Below, piece after piece: positions 18,801-31,316 of a stretch of DNA of 55,772 bases. Positions within the stretch are counted from its first letter, which is position 1. The number at the start of each line of letters is the position of its first letter. The DNA comes from Tubiluchus corallicola (Eukaryota > Animalia > Priapulida), in NCBI GenBank assembly GCA_030141605.1, contig JAQGDQ010001202.1, positions 1-55,772 on the forward strand, in the 5' to 3' direction. A program made the translations under genes and the position numbers. The notes under the pieces were generated by a model. It made no database searches. It was not told the origin of the DNA and was given only the letters and a program-made list of their open reading frames with translations.

Positions 18801-21356
18801 TTTTGTACCATGCCTGTTATGAGAACGGAGTAAAGTTAGAATAGGTTTAGACTGGTTAAATGAGGTTGACTCAGTTCTGTTACGATATGTTATTGTTATG
18901 TTGTGCAGTGTTGTGTTGTGTTACGTTACGTTATTTTATGTTATGTTAGGTTATGCTGTGCTATGATATGCTGTGTTATGCTATGCTATGCTATATTACG
19001 TTACGCTACATTTTGCTATGTTACATTATGTCAGGTTAGGTTGGGACAGCTTAGGTTACTTATAGACTGGTGAGATGAGATTAACTTAGTTCTGTTGCGA
19101 TATGTTGTTATGTTATGTTAGGTTTGGTTTCATTATATTATGTTGTGTTAAGTTATGCTATGCCATGCTATGCTGTGTTATGCTATGCTATACTACACTA
19201 CGTTACGTTACGTTATGTTATGCTATGTTACATTATGTCAGGTTAGGTTAGCTTAGTTTAGGTTAGGTTAATTTAGGTTAGGTTAGGTTAGGACAGCTTA
19301 CGTTACATATAGACTGGTCAGATGAGATTAACTGAGTTCTGTTACGATATGTTGTTATGCTACGTTGTGTTGTGTTGTGTTGTGTTGTGTTATGTTATGT
19401 TATGTTATGTTATGTTATGTTATGTTATGTTATGTTATGTTATGTTATGTTATGTTATGTTATGTTATGTTATGTTATGTTATGTTATGTTATGTTATGT
19501 TATGTTATGTTATGCTATGCTATGTTATGTTATGTTATGTTATGTTATGTTATGTTATGTTATGTTATGTTATGCTATGTTATGCTATTCTATGCTATGT
19601 TATGTTACGTTACGTTATGTTATGTTATGTTATGTTAGGTTAGGTTAGGTTAGGTTAGGTTAGGTTAGGTTAGGTTACGTTACGTTATGTTATGTTATGT
19701 TATGTTATGCTATGTTACGTTGTGTTGTGTTGTGTTGTGTTGTGTTATGTAATGTAATGTAATGTAATGTAATGTTATGTTATGTTATGTTATGTTATGT
19801 TATGTTATGTTATGTTATGTTATGTTATGCTATGCTATGCTATGCTATGCTATGCTATGCTATGCTATGCTATGCTATGCTATACTACGTTACGTTACGT
19901 TACGTTATTCTATGTTAAATTATGTCAGGTTAGATTAGGCTAGGTTAGGTAAGGTTAGGTTAGGGACAGCTTAGGTTACATATAGACTGGTCAAATGAGA
20001 TTAACTTTTTCTGTTACGATATGTTGTTATGTTATGTTAGGTTGCGTTACATTATGTTATGTTATGTTATGTGTTTTGTGTTGTGTTGTGTTATATTATG
20101 TTATGTTATGTTGTGTTATGCTATGGTATGTTATGCTATGCTAAAATGTGTTATGCGTTACATTGTGTTATGTTATGTTGTGTTGTTTTGCGTTGTGTTA
20201 TATTATTTGATGTTATGTTATGTTATGGTAGGTTTTGTTATGTTCCGTTACGTTATGTTATGTTAGATTGCATTACGTTATGTTATGTTATGCAGTGTTA
20301 ACTCCTGGCTTTACATGTTGCCTCTTGACTTTTGAAGACTCCGTCCCAGAGACCCACCACCCACATCATCATTCCACTCTGTAATATCAGTTCGAGTCTT
20401 TCATGCTTATGTAATATGAATGACGACATTCCAATTATGTTAATTGACTAGAATGATTGAACAGACGCCGGCAAGTATCTTGATAATGAAAAATCGTTAA
20501 TTGATTTTAATTATGCAACTGCGACATTCTGCGTCATAAAATTGTTAATTGCTTACACTCCATGCTTATTGTGACTTCACTGCACGCATGTTAATTCAAC
20601 AATTTATACCAATGAAACTTAATGCTTGCAATTACACTTTTAACAGCGCCATCTGTGGGTAATAAAACTAGTTGTTGAGAGTGCAGTAATGATTATTATG
20701 TTTTCACTAACTGAGTTATAGAATGGACTGACATTGTAGCACAATCTTAATAAAGCTGGATCGATGACAGTTTCTGAAAAATCGATAAATCGATTTTTAA
20801 CATACAGTGTTTGGATGTGCCTGCAAATAGGATGAAGTAGTGCCTAGTTCTCCTTGATTAAAGTGAGACTTACTGTACCTACATTTTTGATAAAAGAACT
20901 TGTAATTACATTAAATGTTGCTTTAATGTGTTAAATGTTATATGATTATATTAAATGTTAATTAAAATCCTTTTTTCGTTAATTAAAAATCCTTAATTCT
21001 GGTTGACTAAATTACTGCAAAGACAGGCTCTGAGGCTGCGTTTGAACCAGGAACTTTTAGTTTGCAAGTCTAACGTCTTGACCACTATCAGCACATATCC
21101 TCTTGTTAACATGACGTAATGTTATATCTTACATCAATCCTACACACACACACACACACTCACAAATTATGAGTGACGATTCAGGCTGGACGTATGATAT
21201 TATATATATATATATTGTACTGTTATTTTATTTATTTATGTATTAATTTGCATGTGTTGAGAGGAGGTGTTATAAGTATTGTATGTCTTGTAATTATTGT
21301 ATGTTATGTGTTCTATGAACCTAGTTCGAAATAAAGAGTTAAATCAAATCAATCAA

Positions 21357-21436
<80 letters not shown>

Positions 21437-24400
21437 GGGATTATATGTATATGTATATGATATGTACATATATATATTTATTTATTTATACGTATATATC
21501 TATAATATTTACAAATACTTAATAGAATGAAGTGGTATTAGCACAGAATTTAGACCAGCCGTGATCACATAGAGGGCTCTGATGTCTAGTGACCATGGCC
21601 TCGAACTAGTATTCCCAAAGGTCCGTGGTTCGAATACATACTCAGCCCTGACTTTTCCCATTTTTTTCTTTCAGTCTAATTTGCAAAAATTTAGTTAATC
21701 TGCGTTCGGTTCCCAGCATCATCTGCTAATCACAAAATTAAACGGTAATTTCACTGGTAATAATTAATAAAAAAACGTAACTAATTAATAATTATTATTA
21801 ATTTGTTACCCAACAGAAGCCTTTGTTGTTTGGACACAGAACACGATCTTCGTCTGTCAGCTTCCGTGGCTTCTTGCATTTCACATCATTGGAACATTCG
21901 TAGCATTGATGATATGTCTAGAAGAAAGAAAAATGGCCACCGATTCATCATTGTTGCTTGTGTACGTTAAAGCACAAGAAAACCTTCCACTTATGTAAAG
22001 TTTTGCACCTCTTACATACTGTCTTGTTGCATGCAGGACTTGCGTCGGTAGTAACGCTGTATAAAATTTGTAAATTCAATCCCCCGCGATGACCGTTAGA
22101 TGCAGCCATTTTAACGGTAGGTCGTTTGATATAAGTTTAGATAACACTAACTAAAATTTGAAAAAATAATCAGAGAACCCGTTGCGCACGCGTTACTAAC
22201 CAAGTAAAATTTAAAATTGCTGTATCTTGTCAATAAGATAAAAAATACGTTTTTGGTTAGTGAGTGCTGCACCCTGGAGTCAACGACATTTTACTAATTG
22301 GCAGGAACATTTTAAATTATTATTTCTAGTTACTTTTCAGCAGGTAAGTAAGACAGTTTTTGCACGATGACATTCATGTTCAACATGTAATATTACAAGA
22401 CATGAGTCTAACATTATTCTGCGTCTACACTATATTCAATAAACCACAAGACGAATAAATAATTACAAGACTCACATATAATTACTTGGCAACAATGATA
22501 CAACACGCTAGCTAAGCTTAATCGAGAAATAAAATTGAAACAAACTCACATCGTCGTAACAATTCCAATGGCAGGACTTTGTTGTGTCTAATCGAAGAGT
22601 CGTAAAGATCGTCTCAGCTGTTGTGAACTGCTGTGATACGTTAGTCCTATAAACCACTTCACTTGCGTTGCTTTCCTGTGAACAATTTAACCCATTACAC
22701 CACGTAAAATTTGTTTGAAGTTCACCAGTACTCGTACCAAGCTCGTAGTAGTCTCTTGTTGATGTGGTAAAATGTTCTGTGAAATTCTCTCCAGTTCTGG
22801 TGTCGTTAACAAGTGTTCCATTTACTTCAGTTACAACAATGTAGTCACTATCTCCAGATGTTTTAGGTAACATGGTTGCATCTGCTAACAGATCGTTAAA
22901 ATTTAATTGATCGCCAGAGATTTCAATGTCTTCAAATGTTGCTAATGTTGAGTTATCACTTACACTTTCAATGTCTGTTTCATTTAGATGATAATCTGTT
23001 TCCACATCTTCTAAATTTGCTGTTGTAGTATCAAAATTAGTGGCAACACTTGTTAGTCCAGATTCGTTAGTTGTAAACTGAGAAGTTTCCATGAACTGAG
23101 ATCCATTTTGAGTCGTAAGATTTTGCAAAAATGGAGAACTCGTGACCATTGTCATTTGAACTGCTTCTGCACTGGAATCACCTGTTACTGCCTCTGTAGT
23201 TGTGAAATAATTAGTTGAATACCTGATTTCTATGTTCTGTGTTCCAGATGTAACACCTTCAGTGAAATTTTCCACGTGTCTGCCAAGACTTCCGTCACTG
23301 CTAATCGTCGATGCAGATGTGGCTTTTGTAATATTCGTGTTTTGAGTCTCTGGATCATCAAATGTTTTTTGTGTGGAAGACTCTGTTGTATCATCGGTGA
23401 AATTATTTTGCGAGGCAGTGAAATAACCTGTTAAGATGAAGGAGCTATGTGAAAGTCTACCATCCATCGTTGAACTGACATGCGCATCAGAAATGTTTTC
23501 ATCTATTTGTGAATAGTCTTGTGCTTCTGTAAAGCTTTTTAAAAACTTCGACACACCAGCTGCAGTTTCGTTGCTGGTTAACGGAAGGATATTTATACTG
23601 GAGGAGACTTCAGTTGTAACGTCTGACGAATCACTTGTTTCTTCAAGTTTAATCACTGAATCAATATTACTAATAGATGGGATTTTTTCTTGAGTAACTC
23701 CTGGTGATGATTCCGTATGACTGTCAAACACAGAAGTTGAAGGTAACTGAGATGTTCTTTCTGATAAATCTTTGTTGTAACTGTCGAAAAATGGCTGATT
23801 AGTTGAGGCATTTATCTCAGAATGTAAACTTATTCTCGCAGTTATTTTTTCCTCAAGTATTGTAGTGTCTACGTCTGTTGTAACCATGTTAGCAGCTTCA
23901 CTTTGAGTACCAATTTCTTCATGTATGAGACTAACATCATCATACAGGGTACTGATATCGTGAGTAGTGGTGTCAATGTTCCTGACTACAGTGCTACTGT
24001 CATCAGTGATAGTACCATTGCTAACAACTATTACTTCAATGTTTTCTTCTGCATTACTTTCCTCCTCTGCTTCCACTGTAGTACCATTGCCATCAGCTGT
24101 GTTACCACTAAGCATCGACAAGAGGTTTGTTGCTTCTGTTGAACTGGAACTTCTGCTTGATGTCTCTTTCTTTTCAGTTGTGGTTTTGCGAATCTCCATT
24201 GCTTCTTGTTCAATGCTTTTTGTTGCCTCACCTTCTGGTTCTTTGAAAGTCTGCAATTCTGTGAAATCATATTGAGTGTTTCGCAGTGACTCCGATATAA
24301 TAACTGGCGTTGTTTCACTGTACAATTCACCTGCTTTTGTAAACGGAGGATCGCTACTATGTTCGTCTACTGTTATCAATGCGTTTGTTAGATTTCTGGC

Positions 24401-26281
24401 TATTGAATTAGCTGTAGGTTGTACGATGATTGTGATGTTGCTATCATCATCCTCACTATAGGTATTTCCAGCATCTAATGTTAATATCGGCTTTGGCGTA
24501 AGACTATCAGCATCCGTTCCATTTTCTAAATAAGGCACTGTTTCTGTTTCGACATCGACACTAATGTTTGCAGTTGGTGTTAGCAATTCTGTTGCAACAT
24601 GTTCAGTTTCACTCATGTTATTAAAAACCACATCAGCAGTGTCGTCTTGTGAAGACTTCTGTGCCATTGCCTCAGCCGTAGTGATGGTTGTTGAACTTTC
24701 CAACCTTGTCATTTCTGTCGCAATTGCATTTGTGGTTGCAATGTTTTGATCATTAGTTGAATTTTCCATCTCACCAACATAAGAAGTATTATTATCACTG
24801 ATTTCTTCCGATACAATGATTGTATCAGTTTCGTTGGAATCTAAAGATGATGGTAACACTGTTGATGTTGAACCTTCCAACATTTTAACTGTTTTACTTA
24901 ACGAAGAGTTAACTTCCATCAGTAATAAACTATCTTTGTCTGTATTGCTAGTTGTTAGTGTTACGTTGTCTGTTTCAGCCAGAATAGTACCGCTTTCGGA
25001 ATCGGTCATGGTTGTCTCATTAGTCTGTATTGTTTCTTTCTCAGAAGTGTCACTTTGCCTTTTTCTTCTTAAAAGTGAGCCCTCATTTCCTTTCCTGTCC
25101 GTAATTGCAACTTCATTTTCACCTGTTTGGTTATTACTGTTCTGATCACTGATAACGTTCTCGTTTGATGTGTTCTTCGTAGAATTTTGCTCTTCAACGT
25201 CCACTGATAAAGTTATGACAGTTACATTGTCTTTGTCAACGTTTAATTCTGTGTCAGTTTGCACGTTTAAGATACCTGTGTAATTCGGTGCAGCACTTTC
25301 CATTACATTTAGTACTGTATCAGTTTCATTTTCTACTTTAAATGCAGGATCGTAAAGAATTGCTTTACTTGTGCCCTGAGTCAAGTCATCCACTGCATCT
25401 GTAGTTACATGTTCCTCTCCAGCATTTCCTACGCTTGCCATCGTAGAGTTGGCAACGTACGTTGGCACTAGAAAAGCATCTGTGTGATTATCCAACTCAT
25501 TCATTTCACCGGAGGCGAACAAACTTTTATCATTGCTGTCATACTCATTCATGGTCGCGTCTTCAGCAACGCTTTCATTGGTTAGCAGTGTCACATTCGT
25601 CTGATTCATTTCTTTATCGAAATCATCATTGCTGTCATACTCATTCATGGTCTCGCCTTCAGCCATGCTTTCATTGGTTAGCAGTGTCACATTGGTCCGA
25701 TTCACTTCTTTATCGAAATCTTCATATGTGGAGTTATGACGATATACGCTGTAGTTCAGTGAGATGTCTTGCATTGGATTGACATCTGGAGAAACACCTG
25801 TAACAGACGGTATATCGTTGATTGGAGGTGTGTTTAATAAGATTACAAGGTAACAGACTAAAAAACGGACTCATTTATAAAATTGAAAGATTGAAAGTAA
25901 GGCTTTGTTATAGAATTTATATGGGGATTTATGCAGATTTTTATCTGCAATTTGTAATAGTGATTTCATACAAGATGCGATCCAATTTACCCACATGGGA
26001 AACTGAATAACTGAAGGTTATTTATTTTAGACAGGTAAATCACAAATGCTCACCATCCTTAGAAGTTATTCCAAAAAAGTTGACGTGATCTTCCGATTCT
26101 CCTTTGCAAACTTTCCAACAAGCTTTCCTTTCGCTGGCTTCTAAAATGATTGCAAAAAGAGAAGTTTGCTTTTTTCTCTTTCATATTACTGATTATAATT
26201 GCTTGATGATGATGATGATGATGATGGAGATGATGGTGATGATGATGATGGTGATGGTGATGGTGATGATGATGGTGATGG

Positions 26282-26352
<71 letters not shown>

Positions 26353-26437
26353 GTGATGATGATGATGATGATGGAGATGATAGTGATGATGACGATGATG
26401 ATGATGATGATGGTGATGATGGTGATGATAATGGTGG

Positions 26438-26469
<32 letters not shown>

Positions 26470-26527
26470 ATGATGGTGATGATGATGATGATGGAGATGA
26501 TGGTGATGATGATGATGATGGTGATGG

Positions 26528-26589
<62 letters not shown>

Positions 26590-26934
26590 ATGATAGTGAT
26601 GATGACGATGATGATGATGATGGTGATGATAATGGTGGTGATGATGATGATCATTATCATGATGATAGTGATAATGATGATGATAATGATGATGATGACG
26701 ATGATGATGATGATGATGATGATAATAAATATAATGATAGCGAATAGAATGCTTGAAACTTCAGAAGGAAAGTAGAAAAGCTATGAAAATTTAAGATAAT
26801 CTTAACGATTTTGATGACGATTTAAACTATAAGAATTTCAAACCCAAATGCACAAACCATTTTTATGTCATTAAAACAAAGTAACAAGAATTTCAACTTT
26901 AGTCTGGTGTCATCCACACACATGTAAACTGCAC

Positions 26935-26974
<40 letters not shown>

Positions 26975-27032
26975 GCACACGCACACACACACACACTCAC
27001 TCACTCACTAACTCATTCACTCACTCATCACA

Positions 27033-27113
<81 letters not shown>

Positions 27114-27701
27114 GCACACACGCACACACGCACGCACACGCACACACACACACACTCACTCACTCACTCACTCACTCACTTACTCACTCAATGATAACAA
27201 AGATAATAATAAAAGAAGACAACAATGTTGATGTTAAACATGATGAAAACAGTGACAACAGTGATGATGACAATGAAAACGTCAATAATGACAGTATTAA
27301 GGACGAATCGTTTCACAACATAAGCTGCTCGCGCTCAGAAGATTTAAACCAACAACATGAAGTTTTTACAGATTTAAAGACGTAATTTGAAGCAGCAGTA
27401 CAACACAGTTTTCTTTATCCATACCTGCCATTATGACTCTTCGTAAATATGCCTACCTGTCAACATTTTCAACGACTGCATCACCTGAACAACTAGCATC
27501 AGAAATATCAACTTTCCAAATGTAACCACTTGCTCCATTCAGACAAATAACTTCTATCATGACTTGAAACCTCAACAATTGTAATTTCTTAACAACAGCA
27601 CAATAAATAATGTTCCTCTTACGCCTGCATGACAATAACCGTGCAGTATGATGGAGAAACCAGAGAGATTTGAAGCTGAGATTCTCTCACCTGGTTTTCA
27701 T
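15813..27701 (-). CDS. Mucin-like protein with an N-terminal Cys domain and a C-terminal Ly6/uPAR (three-finger)-like domain, about 1,340 aa
   Basis: Well-supported exons: 26140-26054 (ACWKVCK...FFGITSKD), 25857-22550 (S/T/E/D/N-rich, RRKR site), 21917-21810 (TYHQCYECSNDVKC...LCPNNKGFCW), 17980-17813 (AWY...RGC...EC...YC) and 16001-15813 (VCAKCCKGSRCN + hydrophobic tail). All have GT-AG sites and matching phases. The 5' exons 27701-27691 and 27624-27485 (or 27457) are tentative. Confidence 0.8.
16250..17340 (+). mobile_element. Kolobok-like element, family 2 (16250-16903), plus a tandem partial duplicate of its 3' part (~16938-17340)
   Basis: TTAA-AGGAAGACAGG start. Both copies end in ...GTTTTGCT-TTAA, and their internal similarity is directly visible. 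Confidence 0.7.
17596..17645 (+). pseudogene. Degenerate 5S rRNA fragment (old SINE3 head or pseudogene)
   Basis: ACCGAAGTTAAACAACGTCGAAAC...GAATGGGTGGCC resembles the 5S box A to box C region. Confidence 0.45.
17961..18845. repeat. Minisatellite of 10 units (83-108 bp), each with a splice acceptor, the exon start and (TTAGG)n
   Basis: Unit: GAGTCGTAAAAATGTTTTCTCTCTGTACCATGCCTGTCATGA...(TTAGG)n. Unit length varies with the number of TTAGG repeats. Confidence 0.92.
18846..20300. repeat. Pentanucleotide satellite (TTATG/TTAGG/CTATG/TTACG/TTGTG/TAATG) with 4 higher-order spacer copies
   Basis: The spacer TAGACTGG...ATGAG...TTCTGTTACGATATGTT recurs near 18849, 19063, 19310 and 19983. Confidence 0.9.
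21030..21100 (-). pseudogene. Degenerate tRNA-like sequence (SINE head or tRNA pseudogene)
   Basis: The minus strand has ...TAGTGGTCAAGACG...CTTGCAA...GGTTCAAACGC, with A-box and B-box-like motifs but poor stems. Confidence 0.4.
21357..21433. repeat. (CA)n microsatellite
   Basis: Directly visible. Confidence 0.95.
21573..21650 (+). pseudogene. tRNA-like sequence (SINE head or tRNA pseudogene)
   Basis: AGGGCT...AGCCCT closing stem, A-box-like TGTCTAGTGA and B-box GGTTCGAAT, but the cloverleaf is imperfect. Confidence 0.45.
21968..22333 (+). mobile_element. Dispersed repeat family 3, starting TTAA-AGCACAAGAAA; other copies at ~27993-28890, ~38814-39070 and, inverted, ~40505-40731
   Basis: Shared blocks such as AGTAACGCTGTATAAAA, TTTAGATAA, TTTGAAAAAATAATCAGAG, TTGTCAATAA and ATTTTAAATTATT. 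Confidence 0.65.
26204..26740. repeat. (GAT)n trinucleotide tract
   Basis: Directly visible; it explains the poly-M/D/I ORFs. Confidence 0.95.
26943..27190. repeat. (CA)n/(CACT)n tract
   Basis: Directly visible. Confidence 0.95.
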
Positions 27702-28140
27702 CTCAAACTAAGTCCAATCTGCTGATAATGAAACGCATTTTGCTTATTAATGAATTACTCAGTAGACGTCACGTGTCATAGAAGTCAAGACTACATGCCA
27801 CTGTTGATTAATTATGTACACAAAACACAAGTACCTCAATTGTTATTGCCGCCATACTGATTTTATTAATATTTTATTATCTGCGTTAATTATTAAGGAC
27901 GGGAAAGTCTGTGCGCCAGTTTTGTGAGATCTCCTTCATTGCTGTTTTGTAGAGTTTGGTTTTTAAAATGAGAAATTAAATCGCAGGTAGCATTAAAGCA
28001 CAAGAAACATTCTTCGTTAATAAAGCTTAAAAATTCGTCTTGAAATTTTGCGTCGCCTGCATGGTGTCTTATTGCGCGTAGAGCTTGTTTTAACAGTAAC
28101 GCTGTATAAAACGTGTGAATTTAAACTCCCGCGCTATGAC

Positions 28141-28745
28141 TTCAATGAATTGATGAGTCACATTGGATTTGCTACAGATGAGCTTTGTGAATGTGACACG
28201 GAAGCCCAGAATCCAGGACACTTGATATACCAATGTCCTCGAGTCGACGCAAATAGGCGAAATGTACTACTAAACGAACTGGGAAATGAGAGTTTAAATC
28301 TTGTGTATTGGACCAAATATGAAAATTTAATATCGACACTAACCTACTTTGTAAAGGACTCTTTTATTTTAAGATCCTGCTGCTAATTTTTAGTAAAATA
28401 GGGATTAAATTTGTGTAGTTCATGAGATTACTGATTGTAACTCTTGTGGATTTAAACATTGAATTGGAATTTAATAATTTGGTATATCAATTTATCTGCT
28501 ATTTATGTTGCTTCACAGGAAACTTGCTGCATTAATAGCCTTGATTTTAGCACGCACTTCAATACTTCTTGTTTAATACCACTGTAAGAAATGTTATATG
28601 CACAAATTAGAAAAGCTAATTACAGAATCCGTAAATGTAATATTGTAGAATTCACTCTGTATAGTGTGTACGTAAAATTGTATAATGTTAGTACAGATAT
28701 TTTTGCCTGCAAAAAGAGGCTAATGAAGACTTATCATCATCATCA
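28141..28745 (+). mobile_element. LINE 3'-end fragment (zinc knuckle, 3'UTR and (CAT)n tail) with a target-site duplication
   Basis: FNELMSHIGFATDELCECDTEAQNPGHLIYQC...VKDSF aligns by eye with the C-terminus of the LINE at 9739-11434. The flanks are TCCCGCG(CT)ATGAC (28127-28140) and TCCCGCGATGAC (28746-28757). Confidence 0.8.
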
Positions 28746-30022
28746 TCCCGCGATGACCTTTAGGCGCAAACATTTTAACGATGAGTCATTTGGAACAAGT
28801 TTAGATAATATGGCGCAAAGTTTGAAAAAAATAAGAGCTATCTAAGCAAATGTGTAAATTACTCTTGTCAATAATATCAATAATGTGTTTTGGTATCCAC
28901 ACGAATCCACTAAGAGTGGCAATGGCGTGTCAGCTTTTCGTCACATTCAGCAATACCGTAAAAAGAATGATCATGAACTACAGTGTTCGCCTGTGACGTC
29001 AGTGTGACGTAGAGCTGTTTTTTGACACATCACATTAGCATCTTTTAAGCAATCTTCGCTCACGCAAACGTGCTTGACGCTCAAGGAAGATGCCTGCTAT
29101 TACACAAACTGTGGTTAGTTTGTGACGTAAGGTATAGCTGTGTTTGGTTGTCATTAATAAACTTTCTATGGTAATTATTCAAATATAGGAAAAGTATAAA
29201 ATATTCAAATATAAAAAATGTATGTTTTGGACAGTAAACTAAAATGAAATTGAATCTAATCAATCGTCCAGTTTTTAAACTTTATCGTTTGTCTAATAAT
29301 GGTCAAATCTAAGTACAAACGCACACTTTAACATTGGTTTTAGCTTGCTTAATTTATTTTTTAATATCAACGATCGCAAAGTTACTAATTAAAATGGCCT
29401 TATTTTAACACTTTTTCACTGTACAAGTTTAGTATTATTGGCTTTACAGAAAATACAATGTAACATTAGAATTATGCCCAGTATGCCCAACTTCTTCCAC
29501 TAATAATGAAATGTCTTAACAGGAAAAAAGTAATAACGTTTTCTGACAGTAACAATGTTATACATATATTATATTATATTTATTTATTTATTTACTTATT
29601 TATTTATTGAACCATTGAGCAAAGCAAATTACAAGAGACAAAGAAAGAACTAGACTTGAAAACATTATCCATTGGAATAAAGAAACCAGATATTAGTGTA
29701 TAATGGCTTAAGCACAAAAAACTACAACAGAGCAACATACATATATATTACAAACTTGATATTATTACAGTTAGTCAGTCAGTCAGGCTTGCACTGAGTT
29801 AGCTCAGTCGGGTCTATCTTCAAATATTTTGTGGACCAATCTGACATTAATTTTAATAACTTCTACATTTTGTGATGCATTTGAAAACACGAACTGCTCA
29901 TTGGAAGACGTAAAATGAAAGTTAGGACAGAAATAAGAAAGAATACAAAAACATTCCTATAAATATAAATATAGATATAAAAAGTATCACTGCAATTTAA
30001 AACTTAGCTAATGTTGAATTTT

Positions 30023-30522
30023 CCTCATCTAAGCTCGTGATTTTATTTTGACATAAATTTAACTTGTATAGGTTTTCTAAATTTTCTTAAGAAACGTTTC
30101 TGAACTGTAGGATGAGCTTTAATTGATTTAAACGATTATAATTGAATTTAAAAACTTCCTCAGAAATTCGAGTGCGTTTCGACTCTGGACCACGGGTCAT
30201 TACCGACTGTCTTTAAAACTGACTACAAAACACAAAAAAACGTTAAAAAAGATGCTAAGGTATTCCTCCACAAGCTCAAAAAAAGGTCACACACTATCGT
30301 AGCATCGCATTATACATTTTCTCTAGACAAAATACCAGTGTCACGATACAGGCTCGAAAGGTCAAAATGTATTGGAATTTGTGTGAAAAGTTTTTAAATT
30401 GAATCATAACTATTTAAACTAAGTAAACCGCATCTGATGTTTCGGAAATGCTTTCTGAAGAAGATTTAGAAAATTCATACAAGTTAAATTTATGTCAGCT
30501 TAAACCACGAGCTTAAATGAGG
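30023..30522. mobile_element. Foldback MITE with ~135-bp degenerate inverted arms
   Basis: CCTCATCTAAGCTCGTG...GACATAAATTTAACTTGTAT at the left matches ATACAAGTTAAATTTATGTC...CACGAGCTTAAATGAGG at the right as an inverted repeat. Confidence 0.65.
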
Positions 30523-30793
30523 GTTACAGTTAAATGCCCGATTTTATCAAGTTAATCAAGGGACTAGATGCAGTAATACTTTATCACCAGCAAAATCATT
30601 CTATATTCTAAGGTGACAAACAAGCATGTAACGTATCTGGAATCACAACCTAGGCAGACCACCTTAACCGAAATAAGTGCATGTTACACGTACAACAACC
30701 AATACAGATGCAATTCCAAAAAAACTAGTCCAAGTGAATCAGCGTTAATTTAGGGACTAGAAAATATGGAGAATTTTTAAAATTCAATTCGAC

Positions 30794-31316
30794 CAGTGGC
30801 GGCTCGTGTGTAGGTACTCTGGAACTACAGCACCCCCTGTTTTCACTCAATGTATTGATAATATTCGATATACTACATCTTTAATTCTTTTTTTATACTT
30901 GTACGGAACCAGAGTACGTGAGGGCAGTACTGTTTGCTTCACAGCCCAGCACAGTGCACTCCAGCAACGCGGTGTTTGGCTGTTTTGGCCAAGCGGCCAT
31001 GCGCACATGTCTGAACCTAGGTAGAAAAAGTACTGTCACTCACACAGTTTGTTGTCAGTTGTCACGTGCTTACCGTGAATGGATCAAGTTTGAACTGCGA
31101 CAATTTAGGCTGTTAGTGAGCAAAAAATATTTTCTGTTTAGGATTTTATCAAGTTTTGTATAAAATCTCGTACGTATGTTTGTTTGTTTAAAATTACAAT
31201 TACAAATTACAACATTAAAATTACGTATGTTTGTTACGTTATACACAGTATGAAAACAATGGCTAAAAATTTTATGAAGCAGCAGCCACAGCTATTTTAA
31301 CTACGAGCCGCTACTG
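30794..31316. mobile_element. hAT-like MITE
   Basis: TIRs CAGTGGCGGCTCGT / ACGAGCCGCTACTG match 13/14. The 8-bp flanks AATTCGAC / AATTCAAT match 6/8. Confidence 0.75.

Noticed and set aside
17961-18845. CRISPR-like regularly spaced repeats
   Set aside because: The spacers are TTAGG runs rather than unique sequence, the context is a eukaryotic intron, and there are no cas genes.
18005-19680. (TTAGG)n as an interstitial arthropod-type telomere
   Set aside because: The runs are short and interconvert with TTATG, TTACG and CTATG in register, which fits microsatellite drift. They are not reliable evidence of taxon or of a chromosome fusion.
19322-20301. (CYVML)n ORFs
   Set aside because: Translations of the (TTATG)n satellite.
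22508-25774. The 1088-aa ORF as a standalone single-exon gene
   Set aside because: It has no signal peptide, a strong donor at 22550/22549 and an in-phase acceptor at 25858/25857, so it is an internal exon.
26104-26775. Poly-M/D/I ORFs
   Set aside because: Intronic (GAT)n tract.
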